IMG/VR virus record: IMGVR_UViG_3300030419_004148 | Span: 1-64,000 of that record | From: a virus | DNA: 64,000 nucleotides | Reading direction: 5' to 3' (one strand) | Part shown: piece after piece, positions 27,044-38,233 of the stretch | How positions within the stretch are numbered: the first letter of the stretch is position 1 | Layout: the number at the start of each line of letters is the position of its first letter | Notes under the pieces: generated by a model | Told to the model about the DNA's origin: nothing | Database searches by the model: none | What the model saw: the letters and a program-made list of their open reading frames with translations, nothing else | Translations under genes and position numbers: made by a program

Positions 27044-27749
27044 AGGTGTAGAGAAAAGATTACCGCAGTTCCTTAAGGCTGCTAATATCTGTCAACATTA
27101 TATGAAATTTACAAATGTAAAACTATTATCTCCTTTTAAAATAGATAGTCCAAATTGGGTTCGTATAAAGAAGTTACCAGATAGAGATGCTTATTGTAAA
27201 TTCGTAATAAAAGATTTACACAGATATATAGATACTAAGTATTTTTTATTATTTCAAAATGATGGTTGGATTTTAAACCCTGATGCGTGGGAAGACGACT
27301 TTTTAAATTATGATTATATAGGAGCAGCGTGGGGATGGGATGAATACCCGTGCGGTAATGGAGGTTTTACTTTTAGAAGTAAAGCATTAATGGAAGAATG
27401 TAGTAGGGTGATTATTAATCAATATGAACCAGAGGATTTAGTTATTTGTACTAAATATAAACCTCACTTAGAGTCAAAAGGATTTAAGTTTGCACCTAGA
27501 GAGGTAGCAGAAAAATTCGCTTTAGAAAAGAACTTCAAGTATGAAGACAAATGGAATGGACAGTTTGGATTTCACGATATAGAAAAAACTGACATAAGTG
27601 GATGGAAACCACCTAAACCTGAATATGCCCTTGATTGGGACCAATTTGCTATGCAAATGAGAGGTAAAAATTTAAGATTTAGAGAATACCCACCTACCAT
27701 AGAAGCAAGTGTTTTGAAACTTTCAAAAGACGAGCGGGACAAACTTTAA
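27006..27749 (+). CDS. DUF5672-like putative glycosyltransferase
   Basis: FQNDG, YDYIGAAW, GNGGFTFRSK, PED, FGFH. Confidence 0.7.
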   Translation: MKSIKNCTLIGIEGVEKRLPQFLKAANICQHYMKFTNVKLLSPFKIDSPNWVRIKKLPDRDAYCKFVIKDLHRYIDTKYFLLFQNDGWILNPDAWEDDFLNYDYIGAAWGWDEYPCGNGGFTFRSKALMEECSRVIINQYEPEDLVICTKYKPHLESKGFKFAPREVAEKFALEKNFKYEDKWNGQFGFHDIEKTDISGWKPPKPEYALDWDQFAMQMRGKNLRFREYPPTIEASVLKLSKDERDKL

Positions 27750-27782
27750 TTACTTTGACGTCAGTAAGAAATAAGTGATAAA

Positions 27783-29651
27783 ATGTTTAAAAATGAAGTA
27801 GCAGAATTTATATATAAGAGAACATATTCTCGGTGGATAGAAGAAGAAGGTCGTCGTGAAGAGTGGCCTGAGACTATAGAAAGATTGATTGATTTTCTAA
27901 TTTCAAAAAAGGGTAAAAAAATACCAGAAAAAACAATAAGAAAAATAAGAAAATATATGACCGAGTTTGCAGTAATGCCTTCTATGAGGATGTTGTGGGC
28001 AGCTGGTCCAGCAGCTGAAAAAGATAATACTGTTATTTACAATTGTTCTTTTGCTAAACTTAATTGTGTAGAAGCTTTTGCAGAATGTTTACATATATTA
28101 ATGTGTGGCACTGGATTTGGATTTTCTGTAGAAAAAGAAGAAACTGAAAAATTACCTTCAATCCCTGAAATTAAATCAGGTAAAGATAAAGCTAGAATCA
28201 TTATAGAAGATTCTAGAGAAGGGTGGGCAGATTCAGTAAAAACATTAATGACTAGTTTATATGAAGGACAGAATTTATATTTTGATTATTCTCTATTAAG
28301 ACCGGAGGGGGCTCGTCTGGGGACTATGGGTGGTAGGTCATCCGGTCCTCAGCCGTTAATTAAACTGCACGATTTTATACGTGAAACTATGCATAATGCA
28401 CAGGGTAGAAAACTAACTACTCTAGAATGTCACGATATAGCAAATCAAATAGCAGAAATAGTAGTTGCGGGGGGAGTGAGACGTAGTTCACAAATATCAT
28501 TATCAGATTTAGATGATGAAGAAATGCGTCACGCAAAAGATTGGCCTTTCCCTATTAGAAGAGCTATGGCAAATAATTCTGCTATATATAGAAACAAACC
28601 TTCTGCTGCAGATTTCTTAGTAGAATGGGGTGTATTAGCAAAATCGGGCAGCGGTGAACGTGGGATATTTAATTTATTATCTGCCCAAAATAAAGCACCA
28701 AGTCGTAGATATGCACCACTTATTCAAGGAACTAACCCTTGCGGCGAAATAATGTTACGTGATATGGAATTTTGTAACCTATCTGAAGTTGTAGTTAGGG
28801 AAGATGATGACTTAGATACACTTTTAGACAAAGTAGAAACAGCTACTTGGTTAGGTGTTTTACAATCAACTTTCACTGACTTCCCATATCTTAGAAAAGA
28901 GTGGAAAAAGAATTGTGGCGTAGAACGTCTTTTAGGCGTTAGTTTAACTGGACAGATGGATAGACCCTCCCTAATGAACTCGGAGGTCTTAAAAGCCCTT
29001 AAATCGCGTGTTATACGCATTTCTCGTAAAGCATCGACAGCATTGGGTGTCAATATGCCTGTAGCGACCACTTGTGTTAAGCCTTCAGGCACAGTATCAC
29101 AGTTAGTAGATTCAGCTAGTGGATGTCATCCTAGATACTCTCAATATTATATTAGAAGATATAGGATATCTGCAACTGACCCACTATTCACAATGTTAAA
29201 AGACCAAGGTGTGCCTTGCCATCCAGAAAACGGTCAAGATGAAGAAACAGCAACAACGTGGGTATTAGAATTCCCAGTAAAAGCCCCTGAAGGGTGTCTT
29301 ACTAGAAAGGATGTAACTGCGATGGACCAATTAAGTCATTATAAAAATTTACAACTTAACTGGTGTGAACATAATGCAAGTATGACTGTGTATGTAAGAG
29401 AGGATGAATGGTTTGAAGTAGGCAATTGGGTATACAAAAACTGGGATATTATTAATGGAGTATCATTTTTACCATACGATGGAGGGCATTACGAATTAGC
29501 CCCTTATGAAGAAATAGACCATTATACCTACGAAAGTCTTATAAAGAAATTCCCCAATATTAATTATAGCAAGCTTTCGCAATATGAATTAGAGGACGAA
29601 ACTCAAGGTTCACGAGAGTATGCTTGTACAGGTGATAAATGTGACATTTGA
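27783..29651 (+). CDS. nrdJ: class II (adenosylcobalamin-dependent) ribonucleotide reductase
   Basis: YNC, TNPCGEI, CNLSE, TCVKPSGT, C-terminal CTGDKC; no small subunit nearby. Confidence 0.93.
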   Translation: MFKNEVAEFIYKRTYSRWIEEEGRREEWPETIERLIDFLISKKGKKIPEKTIRKIRKYMTEFAVMPSMRMLWAAGPAAEKDNTVIYNCSFAKLNCVEAFAECLHILMCGTGFGFSVEKEETEKLPSIPEIKSGKDKARIIIEDSREGWADSVKTLMTSLYEGQNLYFDYSLLRPEGARLGTMGGRSSGPQPLIKLHDFIRETMHNAQGRKLTTLECHDIANQIAEIVVAGGVRRSSQISLSDLDDEEMRHAKDWPFPIRRAMANNSAIYRNKPSAADFLVEWGVLAKSGSGERGIFNLLSAQNKAPSRRYAPLIQGTNPCGEIMLRDMEFCNLSEVVVREDDDLDTLLDKVETATWLGVLQSTFTDFPYLRKEWKKNCGVERLLGVSLTGQMDRPSLMNSEVLKALKSRVIRISRKASTALGVNMPVATTCVKPSGTVSQLVDSASGCHPRYSQYYIRRYRISATDPLFTMLKDQGVPCHPENGQDEETATTWVLEFPVKAPEGCLTRKDVTAMDQLSHYKNLQLNWCEHNASMTVYVREDEWFEVGNWVYKNWDIINGVSFLPYDGGHYELAPYEEIDHYTYESLIKKFPNINYSKLSQYELEDETQGSREYACTGDKCDI

Positions 29652-29913
29652 TAAAGATGTAACCGGATATGGACGCAAAATGGGAAGAAACGGTGGAGGT
29701 AACGGGATTAATATGGAAGACCCACACGCTTACACTGATGCTGAGATAGACCAAGACCTTCTCGATGATTATGGTGTCACTATGTACAAATATGGTACTT
29801 ATACACCGGGTGTAGGAATAAGATACAGAACAGAAAACCCTGATAATACAGAAGCTCACGGCTCATCTTTCAAACCTAGAAAGACTGGACAAGGCTTACC
29901 GTGGGACCTTTAA
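29620..29913 (+). CDS. hypothetical protein (start uncertain)
   Basis: ORF after nrdJ; GGTGA RBS at about 29631. Confidence 0.55.
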   Translation: MLVQVINVTFDKDVTGYGRKMGRNGGGNGINMEDPHAYTDAEIDQDLLDDYGVTMYKYGTYTPGVGIRYRTENPDNTEAHGSSFKPRKTGQGLPWDL

Positions 29914-30026
29914 GAAATTATTACGGACAAACTTGCCCTCGTTGTAAGAAAAGAGCCTTTGCTCACACCTACGATGGTAGAGTTTATTGTTGTTTTTGTA
30001 ATAACCCTTACGATACTAAAAATTGA
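29901..30026 (+). CDS. small zinc-ribbon protein (41 aa, not in ORF track)
   Basis: GQTCPRCKKRAFAHTYDGRVYCCFCNNPY; fills the gap between convergent operons. Confidence 0.45.
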   Translation: MGPLRNYYGQTCPRCKKRAFAHTYDGRVYCCFCNNPYDTKN

Positions 30027-31039
30027 GCCAATATAGGCGGAGATTTATTTACTGTTAGAGTTAACTTAAATTTACCTGCACTAAAATCTATTTTCTTACC
30101 TATAACTCTAAAATTACCAGAAATATCAGTGTCATCACTTATTATTTCAATAACATCACCTTCATTTAGATACACACCGTCATCACTTGATATTTGATAT
30201 TCATATTGATTTTTTAAATTTTCATCAAATACTTTACGAGCAAAATCCATACATTCAGCTCTACTTTCTAATAATTGATTTTCAACATTAAGAAAGTTTT
30301 CACCATAAGCTTCTGCTGCCGAAGAATGTCTATAAGTCGCTCGACATTTATTACCTTCAACAGTAATAGTTGTAGGTATTTTTCTATTATTAATTTTAAA
30401 TGATATCAAATTATCGTAACTATATGTTTTAACAGGAATAGTATTGTCTAAATCTGCCATTACCTCAAATTTCAATTGTGTTTTTGTGCCATCATCAAAC
30501 ACACGCATATAATTTTCCCTTGTTAAATCCGAACTTGTGTTAGCAACTTCTTTTAAAATTGTTTTTATTACATTTAATATAACAATTGAACCCCTTAATG
30601 GTTTTACTTGCACGACAGGGTCTGTATCTCCAATATAATCTGTTCCTATTACGTCTGATAAATTAGCTAAAGATATCAGTTTAGTTATAGTACCACCCGG
30701 ACTTAAACCATCTACATTTTTTAAAGTATCTAAGGTAACCGTAGCTTTTTGATGACCAGTAAGAAAACCAAATCCATCTACAGCAGTAAAAGCCATCCCT
30801 ATATTATCTACTATCTTATTATCAATAATTCTTCCTCTAAAAATAGGAGACGAATCTCTAGAATTAATAAAAACTGTAACTTCTTTATTCCAAAATTTAC
30901 GAAAAGAAATACCTTGCCCCGGTATAGTAAATTTTAATTCACTAGCCGTATTAAATCCTCTACTATGTAAAGTTCCATCAAGAAATTCTACTGATTTTCC
31001 TTCAATATGAATTTCAGGAGTATGTATTGGCATTAGCAA
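30008..31039 (-). CDS. baseplate hub/tail-tip protein (putative)
   Basis: Last gene of the tail operon; IFRGRI...L.EGDVI.I...GNFRVI pattern. Confidence 0.6.
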   Translation of the reverse strand: MLMPIHTPEIHIEGKSVEFLDGTLHSRGFNTASELKFTIPGQGISFRKFWNKEVTVFINSRDSSPIFRGRIIDNKIVDNIGMAFTAVDGFGFLTGHQKATVTLDTLKNVDGLSPGGTITKLISLANLSDVIGTDYIGDTDPVVQVKPLRGSIVILNVIKTILKEVANTSSDLTRENYMRVFDDGTKTQLKFEVMADLDNTIPVKTYSYDNLISFKINNRKIPTTITVEGNKCRATYRHSSAAEAYGENFLNVENQLLESRAECMDFARKVFDENLKNQYEYQISSDDGVYLNEGDVIEIISDDTDISGNFRVIGKKIDFSAGKFKLTLTVNKSPPILAQFLVS

Positions 31040-33905
31040 TCCCTCCCAATGGTGTTATTTCAGACATTAAATTACCAACACTATCGAGTAAACATATCTC
31101 TTCTACAACCATTGTAAAGGTATAAGGTTTAGATGCCCTATTTCCACCAACTTGATGAGTTTCTGAAACACCCTCAACAAATCCGAAGAACCTAACATAA
31201 GTTCCATCCTTTTGTTTTTCATCCCACATTACTCTAACAGCCTCAGCTTCTAACCTTCTTAATTTGTGTAACGTATTATAAGATTTATAATTTTCACTGT
31301 AACTAAATGTTGTTTCATCACCCATTGCAGTGCCTCCAAAAGATAAAGTTTGAATAGGAGTACCCGTTCTGATAATTGTAACCTTTCCATTTTTAGATAT
31401 AGCAGAATAATAAGTTCCTGCATATGCAACACTTACATTACTAGTAATTTCCATAAAACTTAAATCAAAAGCAGTGTTATCACGTTGCACAATAATTTGA
31501 GAATTAGCATTATTATACGGTAATACATCCCACATTTCTACACCCGGAGTAGTTCCATCCTCAAAATGACCGCCTGATAATACTACTTTTAGAGGATAAA
31601 CATCTACAAAATCACTTTGTATAGTATTTCTATTAGAATTACCAGACCACATATAAGTATGAGGATAATTACCAGAAGATGCACTTGCCCAAGGAACATC
31701 ACCCCTTATAGGCGGCCCACTATTCACTTTTATTGTACCATCAAAAACCTCATAAGCATTAATTCTACGCATATGCCCATTTAATGCAGTTCCAGAAGTA
31801 TAACTAATAGGATGTGTCTGACCACTTACTAAGAAAATATTATTTGTGGCAGTGTTAGCAGAAGCAACCCAATACATAAGACCATCATTAGCCCCACCCG
31901 TTACTTCATAAGTATACCTAAATTGACCAATATCGTTACTAGTAAAATCACTAAGACCTGAAGAACTGACTATGATACAATCAAAATGTCCAGAACTATC
32001 TGTGTAAGTAGATGCATAGTCACCTGTTATTATTTTAGAATAAGTATTAGTTGGTTCTGTAACTGGTGTACTACTTCTATTAAATATACCACCAGTTAGT
32101 CCTGAAATAGAAACTTTAGACCAATCATCAGGCATATCAAACTCTATTGAACCGGGTTTTGCCATAGAATCATTATATTCTATAAATTTAGCATTACTAG
32201 CATCCCTTATTTCGCGAGTTACCTTTGTTGTATCAGTAAATTCTAAAGGAACCCATTTAGCCCATTGTGTAAAGTTTATAGAACCTCCATCAGGTGCTTC
32301 ATCATACAATGACCCTGTTTTTAAGTAATAAACACCCGCAACAGTCGTTCCTGTAACAGTAGTAAGTCCAGATACACCTATCTTATTATTTAAATCTCTT
32401 GCATATGGACTTGTATTGAAAAATATTTTATTTACTTTTTTACTATCAGCAATCAAAAAGTAATTAGAAGCATCTCTTGGGGCATCATTTGTATCTGAAA
32501 AGTTTTGTGTATTCCAACCACTTACTGGTATTTTTTCAGTTCTTTCATTCTTATAAGTGTTATTACCGACGTTTTGAGTACCGCCCCAAGGTTCATAGGA
32601 ATCTAAAAATTGTGATTGACCACCAGCTGCAGTAGCACTTGTAGATACAGTAGGACATATTCTATAAAAGAAATCAAAAGTATCTAACGAACTACCATAA
32701 CCACCAGATGAAGAAACATTAACTCGTACTAAATGATTCTGGTCAAAAAATTGATTCCAGTCATTTATAGGAAATTGATTTGATATTATTTTGTCAGTAG
32801 ACGAAGTATATAAAAATTTATTACCAGAAGCAAAAGGTTCTTTATCGGCATCTTGTTGTAATCCATCATTTCTAGCCATATAAGTATAAGATAAATCTAT
32901 AGTATTATCTCCTGTTCGTGTTTTATCATCTAACACTCCAGCTGTAGTCATTTGCCACCTATTACCTGATACTTGGAAAAATCCTTTACCATTATCATAA
33001 TAATATTTACTAATAGATTTATTAGAAGCCTTAGCTCTACTTTGTGTAAAATCCAATTTAACCTTTCTATCTTCTTCTTTCTTTATTGGGTCACCATTAC
33101 TGACATAAGTAATAGGATACCAATAATTATCTTCATCAGATTTGGCAATTAAAAAAGTCTTAATTTTATTAAAATCATTTACATCAGATTGTGTATCACT
33201 AACTAACTTGGCATTCTTTTGTTTAACTTCTAAAACACGAGCAACCTGCCCACTAACAGATAATTTTACAGCAGTTCCGGTCACACTAGTTTCTGTCTCA
33301 TTAACAAAATAATTTACACCATAATCAGCATCAGTCGTTGTTGCTGCTGTAGCGTCTGGGTTTTGTAAAAAAGAAGAAACAGCTTCTAAATATTTAACTA
33401 TTAGAGTAACACCCGTACCACCTGCGGTATTTCCCGATTCTAATATAGGTGGCCGATATAAATATACATCTTTTGGTCCTTCTTCAAAAATATCATTATC
33501 TATACCACTTTTAACTATCTTATTATCTACACGCATTATATTAGTGGGTGCACCATCATTTACAGTAACAGGGTTAATATTCGTAACTTGTTCTTTAGGT
33601 TTAGGAATTGTCGCTGAAGATGCCATATTATTATCATAAAAGAATTTAGATAAAAAACCACTACTATTTACAGTTCTTATTACTGGAAAATAAGTTCCAG
33701 CCTTTGTGTAAATGTGTGTCAAAGTAATAGTTTTATCATCTGTTTTTAATCTTTCCCAGTGATAAATAGCATTATCTAAAGAATTATCCTCTCCATCACC
33801 CCAATCAACGTAAACCCAAGATACATCATCATCATTAAATGTAAACGTTGCGGTTGTTTCAGTACCAACCGTCACTGTACTCGGACTCCAACTTACAAAT
33901 ACCAT
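31014..33905 (-). CDS. tail-tip protein with N-terminal PKD-like domain
   Basis: VDWGDG...THIYTKAGTY; downstream of the tape measure gene. Confidence 0.6.
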   Translation of the reverse strand: MVFVSWSPSTVTVGTETTATFTFNDDDVSWVYVDWGDGEDNSLDNAIYHWERLKTDDKTITLTHIYTKAGTYFPVIRTVNSSGFLSKFFYDNNMASSATIPKPKEQVTNINPVTVNDGAPTNIMRVDNKIVKSGIDNDIFEEGPKDVYLYRPPILESGNTAGGTGVTLIVKYLEAVSSFLQNPDATAATTTDADYGVNYFVNETETSVTGTAVKLSVSGQVARVLEVKQKNAKLVSDTQSDVNDFNKIKTFLIAKSDEDNYWYPITYVSNGDPIKKEEDRKVKLDFTQSRAKASNKSISKYYYDNGKGFFQVSGNRWQMTTAGVLDDKTRTGDNTIDLSYTYMARNDGLQQDADKEPFASGNKFLYTSSTDKIISNQFPINDWNQFFDQNHLVRVNVSSSGGYGSSLDTFDFFYRICPTVSTSATAAGGQSQFLDSYEPWGGTQNVGNNTYKNERTEKIPVSGWNTQNFSDTNDAPRDASNYFLIADSKKVNKIFFNTSPYARDLNNKIGVSGLTTVTGTTVAGVYYLKTGSLYDEAPDGGSINFTQWAKWVPLEFTDTTKVTREIRDASNAKFIEYNDSMAKPGSIEFDMPDDWSKVSISGLTGGIFNRSSTPVTEPTNTYSKIITGDYASTYTDSSGHFDCIIVSSSGLSDFTSNDIGQFRYTYEVTGGANDGLMYWVASANTATNNIFLVSGQTHPISYTSGTALNGHMRRINAYEVFDGTIKVNSGPPIRGDVPWASASSGNYPHTYMWSGNSNRNTIQSDFVDVYPLKVVLSGGHFEDGTTPGVEMWDVLPYNNANSQIIVQRDNTAFDLSFMEITSNVSVAYAGTYYSAISKNGKVTIIRTGTPIQTLSFGGTAMGDETTFSYSENYKSYNTLHKLRRLEAEAVRVMWDEKQKDGTYVRFFGFVEGVSETHQVGGNRASKPYTFTMVVEEICLLDSVGNLMSEITPLGGIANANTYS

Positions 33906-33906
33906 A

Positions 33907-36900
33907 TTAACCTCCTGTCACCTTCCACGCTGCTATGTTAGATGTGCCCACTAAATTAGGGTTTCCACCCCTTATATTATGATAATCATAGGCAAACATC
34001 CTTGCATTATAATTATAAGAAACACCATTATTTAAATCAGGTAAATGTGATGTTGAAATACGACAACTCTTTGCATTAGGAGCCATATATGCCATTTTAG
34101 TATGGAATGTACATTCTTCAATAAAACCACCATAATTACTACTAGCAGGAGTGCCACCAAAATAAACAGCACCTGACGTAGTCATAGAAGCAGTATAATC
34201 CGCAGTGTCTTCTAATTTACTATTAACATATAATTTAAGATTATTAGCTTCTAAATTTTTATTATAAGTAAGAACTACAGATAATGGTTCTTGTGAGTCA
34301 CAAGCATAATATGTAGAACTTGAGACTGTAACAGCTCTATTATTAAGTTGAGCCAAAACTGCCTTTGTATCTTCATTAATATATATTCTCATTGCTTCAC
34401 CACTGGCTCCAGAAACACAAACAGCAGTCATATCACTTGAACCTGTTAATTGAGGAACTAAATGTACTACCGCTGTCATTTCATCTGTATCAGCTATAGT
34501 AACTTCTGTTGAACTACTTATAGTCAATGAACCATCAAAATAACTACCATAACCTTGGAAACCTGTTAATTTCGGAACATTAGTACCAGCTAAATTAACC
34601 CAAGATGATGAATCTGAATAATCTGTTTTATATTTCACAGTCGTTGTATTACCACTTAAAGGTGCCCAAAAAGCTAAACTATGATATTTATTAGTTATAT
34701 ATTTGTTATCTACCCAAATTAATCTATACCAAATATCTTTATCTTTTTCTTCCCAAGTAAATAATACATCTGTTGAAGCTTGATTTTCTGAAGCTATATC
34801 CATTCTAACGTTATCATTTAAGAAATTTTGAACCGGATTAACTTCAAAATCAGTAATGACAGGCACATTATCTTTAATTCCATATACTAACTTAGCTCCA
34901 TTAGCCGTGTTATCACCCGTTCTAATATTAACACTGTATTCAGCAAGATTTGTATCATAATCTGGGAAAGATGGTTTTACAATAAAATTAAAAACGTCTC
35001 CTTGTTTTGGGTTTACAGTTAAAGCATAGTTCGATAAATCAAAATAATTATGTCCTGCTCGTAACCAATCTCTTCTTATATAACCTAAATTATTAGGATT
35101 TTTAGTTCTATCCTCCGGTTTACCAAAACCATAATCATTACTTAAATCAACAATAGTAGTTCCATCACTATTATCAAAATCAATTAAATGTCTATTAGCA
35201 TAAATACCATCATTAAATAGGTATTCATTCCAAGTAGTCCCTAAAGTAGAACCAGAATTAGAGGTAGGCAATACAGATTTATATGTTCTACCTTGTAAAA
35301 ACGTAGTTGTATTACCTGTAGCATCTAAATTTTCAAAAGAATGACCATAAGACGCACCAGATGTATTTACTATCGCCAAATTTAACCAATATTTATAAGG
35401 ACTAATAAGTATTTGACTAGCTTCTGTTAAACCAGAAGTAGCATACGCCCAATTACCCCGCATATAAGAATCTGTATTTGCGTCATCTGAATACAATGAC
35501 CTTGTTAAATAAATAGTGTTACCATTTCTAGGTTTAGATTGGGTCATTGCTCTTCCAGATGGTCCAGCATCCTCACTATGAGCTGCATATCCTACAGAAC
35601 CCGTTCCTTGTTTAAATTTACTATAAGAAGCATAACCTCCTTGTCTGTTAGAATCTACTTCAGCAACAAATTGAGTATCATAAGGCACATCAAATATTTC
35701 TGGTTTATCCACAGTAATCGTTTTACCTTCATCACTGATAGTCAACACACGAGCTGCGTGTAATGGATTACCAGTCTTCCTCCATAAATTACTTGCAGAA
35801 TCAGGCACCCAATCTTGTTGGATATAAAAAGAACCTTTCTGTGTAAATCTATCAACACTATTAGAGTAATACCCTAATCGAATGTTATCTGCGGCTCCAG
35901 AACCTACTGTCATATTGTCCCAGAAAACACCTTGTTTACCACCACTTAATGTATATTTTGTATCTGTAAAATAACCACCAGATATAAATTGTATTTGTTT
36001 AATGTCCCTGTCATCCGCAGCTACAAAATCATTAAAGAATAAATAAGAGCCACTAACAGAACCACTACTATCAAACCCAAAAGAAAGATAACTAGAGGTC
36101 ATCGTTTCATTGTGACCAAAATAGTTAGCTCCAGATATAGCGTCACCTAAGCTTACAGTACTATTACTTACTTCTATACCCCTTACTAATGGTGTCGAAG
36201 GTATCATAATAGGCGAAACAGGTGTATTTTCGATACACATTGTTGTGTTAGATGTATTTGTATTCCAACCGTAAAAGGATATATTATCTATATACACTGA
36301 CTGTTCTTTATCATCATTATCATAAGTATCAACTAATGTATAACCATTATTAATATAATTAGTACTATTAATAGCAGTTACTTCGTTAATAGCTCGCATA
36401 TTTGTTTGAAAAAATGTCAGATTTTCTGTCCATAATTTAGCTATATTAGTAGTAGTGGCGACTTTTAGCTCAGAATATTTACCCTCAGTACTACCACTAT
36501 CAGTAAGACCTTCAAAATAAGCTAATACTCGACCTCCACTTGCATTAGTATTCATATCTAATTTAATTCTTAAATTAAACCAAGTATCAAAAGGTATTCG
36601 AGTGTGATAATCACTAGCTATAATATCTGTCCAATTACCACTAACGCATAATTGCCCTGAATCTCCTCCATTCCTATATAAATCGTGAGCGCCAACTCCT
36701 ATGACATCAATCATCCCTGTAGAACGCCTATTACCGGTCACTTCAGGTTGTTGATAAAGAAATGTAATACAAGGGTCAAATGCAGAAGTTCCGTCACGCC
36801 AAGTAGCAAAAGATACTCCGGGTGCAGGAGGTCTTCTAGTTAAAGCTATAGTAAAACTTCTATCTAAACCTACACCCCTATCTGTATCATAATTAGAACC

Positions 36901-38223
36901 AGTATATTGTGTTGTAGCCAAAGGCATTTTTGCAATTTTCATTCTTATCTGAATTTCAGGACCAAATGATAATCTATCCATTCCGGGTTTTGTTACATCT
37001 TGAACATTAGGTCTAGGAATACCAGCGATACACGCTATAGTACTTTGTGGAGCCGGCATAGTATAAGGACTTCCTCCAGTAGCGTCTGCATTTCTACCAA
37101 AAGGATTAGCAACATCAGCGTATACTGCTCCTGAGGTAGCACCGCTGTAATTTTCCCAAAATTGTTTCATATGTAAAACATAACCATCAGTTGAACTATC
37201 ATTTTGTTCTAAATTAGCGTAAGAATAAGCAACGAAATGTTCACTATTTCCAGCTCCTTCTAATGTTTGGTCTTTAATATCACGTTGGTCAGGTGAAGTT
37301 TGTATATAAGAAAACATAGAATTATCACTTGATAATTTAGACATATAATTTTCGTCAAATAAATTAAAAGCATAATTAGATTCAGCTCTCATAGGAGCAT
37401 CTGACCAAGCACCAGCTGCTATCCAATCAGCTCTAGTTCCATAATGGGATAACTGTGCAATATCTTCACCAAAATGTAGTGGTGCTGCAGATTCATCAGC
37501 TCTATAAAACCCATTATCATATTTTCTCAAAATTATAGTAGGGTTTGTATCTATATCTGTCCCAGCAACCATATTAATACTATCAGCAACAATATCAATC
37601 CCTGCATTAGCATATTTATTATTAAATATGCCATTTAATAGCATATTAGTCGGGTCTCGATGTTCATTAGATAAATCACTACCCGGAGTTTCGTGTAATT
37701 TAGAAACAAAAGCCATCCAATCTCTCTTTTTTATTTTAAGCACACCGAATCTAGTATCGTGTGATGGTGCAAGTATAGAATCTGGTCCTTTTCCAAAATA
37801 TTTACCTTGACCATCAAAATCTTCTACTTTCCAAGGCGTACCAAATTGATAATAAGAAGAATAAACAATAGGCGCACCAACTGTTGCTGTAGCATCAGCT
37901 AAATTACCTTCAGTAAGACTTATATTTTTTCTTAAAGCATATACATCAAAAAAAGGTGCTGTTTGTTCATTTTCTACATCAACAGAGTTTGCATAAGTAT
38001 AAAGAAACATCTGCCTAATATCATCTATAGAACCGTATGGCACATCAGCACTTGTTACAACTTGTTCTTTAGCTAAATAATATGTTCTATTAGGACCATT
38101 ACTTAAAGTCCCACTAGTACCAAGCCCAAAAAATGTGTCAGGATATCTAGAATCTATAATAATATCATCTTGGATTGTTTTTTCCCTATAAAATACATTT
38201 GGTTCTACTGTTATATCTTGCAT
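33907..38223 (-). CDS. large tail protein with C-terminal LamG/ConA-like domain
   Basis: VVLTYN..LKLYVN...FGG...GFIEE; directly after the tape measure gene. Confidence 0.65.
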   Translation of the reverse strand: MQDITVEPNVFYREKTIQDDIIIDSRYPDTFFGLGTSGTLSNGPNRTYYLAKEQVVTSADVPYGSIDDIRQMFLYTYANSVDVENEQTAPFFDVYALRKNISLTEGNLADATATVGAPIVYSSYYQFGTPWKVEDFDGQGKYFGKGPDSILAPSHDTRFGVLKIKKRDWMAFVSKLHETPGSDLSNEHRDPTNMLLNGIFNNKYANAGIDIVADSINMVAGTDIDTNPTIILRKYDNGFYRADESAAPLHFGEDIAQLSHYGTRADWIAAGAWSDAPMRAESNYAFNLFDENYMSKLSSDNSMFSYIQTSPDQRDIKDQTLEGAGNSEHFVAYSYANLEQNDSSTDGYVLHMKQFWENYSGATSGAVYADVANPFGRNADATGGSPYTMPAPQSTIACIAGIPRPNVQDVTKPGMDRLSFGPEIQIRMKIAKMPLATTQYTGSNYDTDRGVGLDRSFTIALTRRPPAPGVSFATWRDGTSAFDPCITFLYQQPEVTGNRRSTGMIDVIGVGAHDLYRNGGDSGQLCVSGNWTDIIASDYHTRIPFDTWFNLRIKLDMNTNASGGRVLAYFEGLTDSGSTEGKYSELKVATTTNIAKLWTENLTFFQTNMRAINEVTAINSTNYINNGYTLVDTYDNDDKEQSVYIDNISFYGWNTNTSNTTMCIENTPVSPIMIPSTPLVRGIEVSNSTVSLGDAISGANYFGHNETMTSSYLSFGFDSSGSVSGSYLFFNDFVAADDRDIKQIQFISGGYFTDTKYTLSGGKQGVFWDNMTVGSGAADNIRLGYYSNSVDRFTQKGSFYIQQDWVPDSASNLWRKTGNPLHAARVLTISDEGKTITVDKPEIFDVPYDTQFVAEVDSNRQGGYASYSKFKQGTGSVGYAAHSEDAGPSGRAMTQSKPRNGNTIYLTRSLYSDDANTDSYMRGNWAYATSGLTEASQILISPYKYWLNLAIVNTSGASYGHSFENLDATGNTTTFLQGRTYKSVLPTSNSGSTLGTTWNEYLFNDGIYANRHLIDFDNSDGTTIVDLSNDYGFGKPEDRTKNPNNLGYIRRDWLRAGHNYFDLSNYALTVNPKQGDVFNFIVKPSFPDYDTNLAEYSVNIRTGDNTANGAKLVYGIKDNVPVITDFEVNPVQNFLNDNVRMDIASENQASTDVLFTWEEKDKDIWYRLIWVDNKYITNKYHSLAFWAPLSGNTTTVKYKTDYSDSSSWVNLAGTNVPKLTGFQGYGSYFDGSLTISSSTEVTIADTDEMTAVVHLVPQLTGSSDMTAVCVSGASGEAMRIYINEDTKAVLAQLNNRAVTVSSSTYYACDSQEPLSVVLTYNKNLEANNLKLYVNSKLEDTADYTASMTTSGAVYFGGTPASSNYGGFIEECTFHTKMAYMAPNAKSCRISTSHLPDLNNGVSYNYNARMFAYDYHNIRGGNPNLVGTSNIAAWKVTGG

Positions 38224-38233
38224 TTATTATCCC

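Noticed and set aside
17148-29651. Inteins or introns in PolB or RNR, and stop-codon recoding
   Set aside because: The proteins are compact with contiguous motifs, and genes are intact under the standard code
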